The notes beneath the pieces were generated by a model that had not been told where the DNA came from, searched no databases, and was given only the letters and a program-made list of their open reading frames with translations. A DNA stretch of 64,000 bases from Ascoidea asiatica JCM 7603 (taxonomy: Eukaryota > Fungi > Ascomycota): contig BCKQ01000012.1 in the NCBI GenBank assembly GCA_001600695.1, positions 151,440 through 215,439 on the forward strand, given 5' to 3'. Positions 61,311-64,000 of the stretch are shown one piece after another. Each line of letters starts with the position of its first letter. Within the stretch, counting starts at the first letter, position 1. The position numbers were made by a program, and so were the translations under genes.

Positions 61311-61784
61311 TTAACAGGAATATGATTTATAATCGACAAAAACATTTGCATTATCATTGAAGGAATCAACTTCCATTTCAATTTTTTTACCATCATCAAC
61401 TTCAGCAGAATATTTATAAACCAATTTATCACCAAGATCTTCAGTTTCGGATAATTTCAAATTTGGGAAATTTTTCTTTAAATGTTGATTTAAATGTCTA
61501 ACAAATTTCTTATTTTTTTTATTCATTGAAGGTTTTATTTTTTCAGGATCATTATGACAAGAATTTAAAACAAATTTAGGAATATAATTAACTTGAGCAT
61601 GAACTAATTTTTCATTATCAATTTCGGTTTTAAAAGAATCTAAATCATCAAATATTAAAATACCCTCTTTAGTTACTTGAGATCTCTGTTTTGAAGAACC
61701 TTTTTTACCACCTTTTTTACCTTTCTTAGTATTATCGTTTTCACCAGCTAAAGTTTTTTCAATTGAAGATAAAATATCTGACAT
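61311..61784 (-). CDS. RGI1: Respiratory growth induced protein family
   Basis: FDDLDSF, HAQVNYIPKFVL..HNDPEKIKPSMN..KKFVRHLNQHL, VFVDYKS. Confidence 0.82.
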   Translation of the reverse strand: MSDILSSIEKTLAGENDNTKKGKKGGKKGSSKQRSQVTKEGILIFDDLDSFKTEIDNEKLVHAQVNYIPKFVLNSCHNDPEKIKPSMNKKNKKFVRHLNQHLKKNFPNLKLSETEDLGDKLVYKYSAEVDDGKKIEMEVDSFNDNANVFVDYKSYSC

Positions 61785-64000
61785 TTTTGAATTTGAAAAT
61801 TAATTGAGTTTTGATTGATTGTTTTTTAATAAGTTAACCGAATTAATCGAGTTAATTGAGTTGAATTGAGTTTTTATAGAAATTAGTATAATTGAATTTA
61901 ATTGAGTTTTTATTATAATTATTTACAATTATATATTATTGGATAATGAATAGAAAAAAAAAAGAAAAGAAATATTTAATTATAATAAAATGATAATGAA
62001 TTCTTATTATTTATATTCTATTTTCTTTTCATTTTGTTCAAGTAATTGAATTGAATTGAATTAATATTAAACGCAGTTGAAATAAAAATGCTAATAGTTG
62101 TCAATTACTTAACTAGTTAATGGTAATGTAATTTTCATCTCTTGACAATTTAATTTCATGACAATTGTCATTAGAATCATATTAGAATTGGGTGGCAATG
62201 AATATACTCTTTGAAGGTCTTTAATGATAGTTTAATTGAACTCTGGTGAATAAGAAATAAATAAATGGAATGAAATAAAGATAAAAGAAGATAAAAGAAA
62301 GAATATTCAGCTATTTACCCCATAACCCCATACTCGCATAGACCTCACCGACTTGAGTGATCGCAGGTTAGAAGCGATGCTTGGAGGTTTGTTCAGTTTC
62401 TAGAGGGTACTAGTAGTAGTATAGCCGACTACATATGGGTCTGGCTAAATAACGGTATTACGCTTTACGGGGTTAATGACATGTAAAAGAACCATGACGA
62501 ATCACTCAAATCTCGAATATTCCAAACAGGTGAGTGAAAAGACTCGAGTACTGGATTGAAAGTTGTTTAAAGAATTCATTTCTTAGAAGAATCAAGTGAT
62601 AAAAAGCTTACTAGCTTCTTCCTAAGCTGAAATAATCATAAGCCTATCAGACTACAAACTATTCCAGAATTTGCAATTAAAATAAGAATACAAAATACTA
62701 TCCTGATTCTTTCAATATGGTTTATTTTCACTAATTAAAAATATAAAATCAAACATGATTATTAAATCAAGAATCACTGAATTTGTATTAAGAGAGATTA
62801 ATCATTAAAAACCAGTCTAAATTTTGCTGATATATTAAGTAAATATATACTCTAATTTCAAAAGTGATTTTTCCAGATTCATTATTATGAATTAGAAAAA
62901 GAGTATTATCAAATGAATAATGTCAAATGAATAAAGCAAATATACTATTTTATAAAATAACTTTCTATAAAAAAGCTATTTAGCTATTTTAGATATCATA
63001 AAAACATCAATTGATTAAGTAAATTTAACGTGGAAGTTCTTTTGTTTTGTGACAAAATTAAAAGTTTTTTAATTGAAATAACAGAAAAACTATAAGTGTT
63101 AAAAATAAGAATAAATATAAAAATATACAAATAAGTTAGTATAATTTAGGCAAAATTCTGGAAATTTTGACAAATCCTATTCAGAAAATATGCAGCCAAA
63201 AGAAGGATACATATATTTAATTATTTAATGTGTTTTTAACTATAAATTTAGCTGGAATCATTATAAAAAAAGTAAGTCCAGTCTCACATTTCCGATAATA
63301 GAAACAAAAAAGAAATTAGATTATTAATTTTTTTAGAGTTTAAAAGTGATTTAACGTGAAGCTTGGAAGTGAGACTTTATGATTTAGTGAAAAAAAAATT
63401 TAATTATTCAAACTACTTCAATTTTAATTTCAATTTTCAAATTGATAAATTGTAATTAAAGCAGTCAATGAATTTATTAAAGTACAATTATAAAGGAGTT
63501 AAGGATCTCGGAAAAACTTCGAGAAAACCCTTACTTTAGGATGCATGTTTATCGGCCTTTTAATACATGCCAATGCTGAATTCCGGTGGTTGCCGAAATG
63601 CTCACCATTAAATTACCCTAAATTAATTAATAATTTCAAATAGTCACCTGACCAAATAATACAACTTCCTCAGAACTGGTCTCCAATGCAATTTTCTTTT
63701 TTTTTGCAAAGAAAAATAATCACTGAATTTTGTGTTGATGGGAACGGGCTTTACTTGCTTTCTTCGGACGGATATAAATCTTCTCCGTCGGAAAACCCAT
63801 TCTTTTTATTGTTAAAAATGGCTTTAATGAAAAGTTTTTGAAATATTGACTGAAATATCATTCTACTTTAGAGGTTTTAATGCTAAATTCCATCCAATTC
63901 ACAATGAAATTGAATAAATAATAAATATATTGATTATACCTAGATTAGAGAGATTCAATTTCAGTCTAAAATAATGGCTTTAAGAATTATATAAATTTAA

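Noticed and set aside
105-61435. Small ORFs antisense or out-of-frame within real genes (e.g. 105-548, 36712-36915, 53831-54133)
   Set aside because: Shadows of biased coding sequence
1-64000. tRNA or rRNA genes
   Set aside because: No convincing A/B-box cloverleaf or rRNA sequence seen by eye; tRNAscan-SE/Infernal would be needed to exclude them

Overview
A very AT-rich budding-yeast (Saccharomycotina) chromosomal segment. About 17 conserved host genes (DLD1 3' part, CHS3, NVJ2, a PILS/auxin-efflux-family transporter, ROK1, SQT1, BUD16, SHE4, GLO1, an INH1/STF1-type inhibitor, intron-containing DYN2, UBP15, NCE103, FMP41, probable HSM3, a C2H2 factor, RGI1), plus an N/Q-rich ORF and an interrupted WD40-like gene, surround a 17-kb host-gene-free island (5668-22825). 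The island holds a decayed minus-strand Ty3/gypsy element (diverged LTRs at 6951 and 15458, tRNA-Gln-type PBS) whose long 3' region carries a 21-bp array and an antisense, probably intron-containing gene relic. Next to it, two ~1-kb TGTTG...CAACA-type LTRs sit in inverted orientation around a 1.7-kb unique core (15940-19677). The arms share a 660-bp perfectly identical block but have diverged ends, so they look actively homogenised. This is the best candidate for an undescribed system: an LTR-built inverted-repeat regional centromere and/or invertible segment. Other highlights are a recurrent promoter motif GAGACC-N8-GG that I cannot assign to a known factor, and a WD40-like gene cleanly interrupted by a 3x49-bp insertion whose excision restores a 485-aa ORF. 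All alignments were done by eye; species and CUG codon meaning are not determined.
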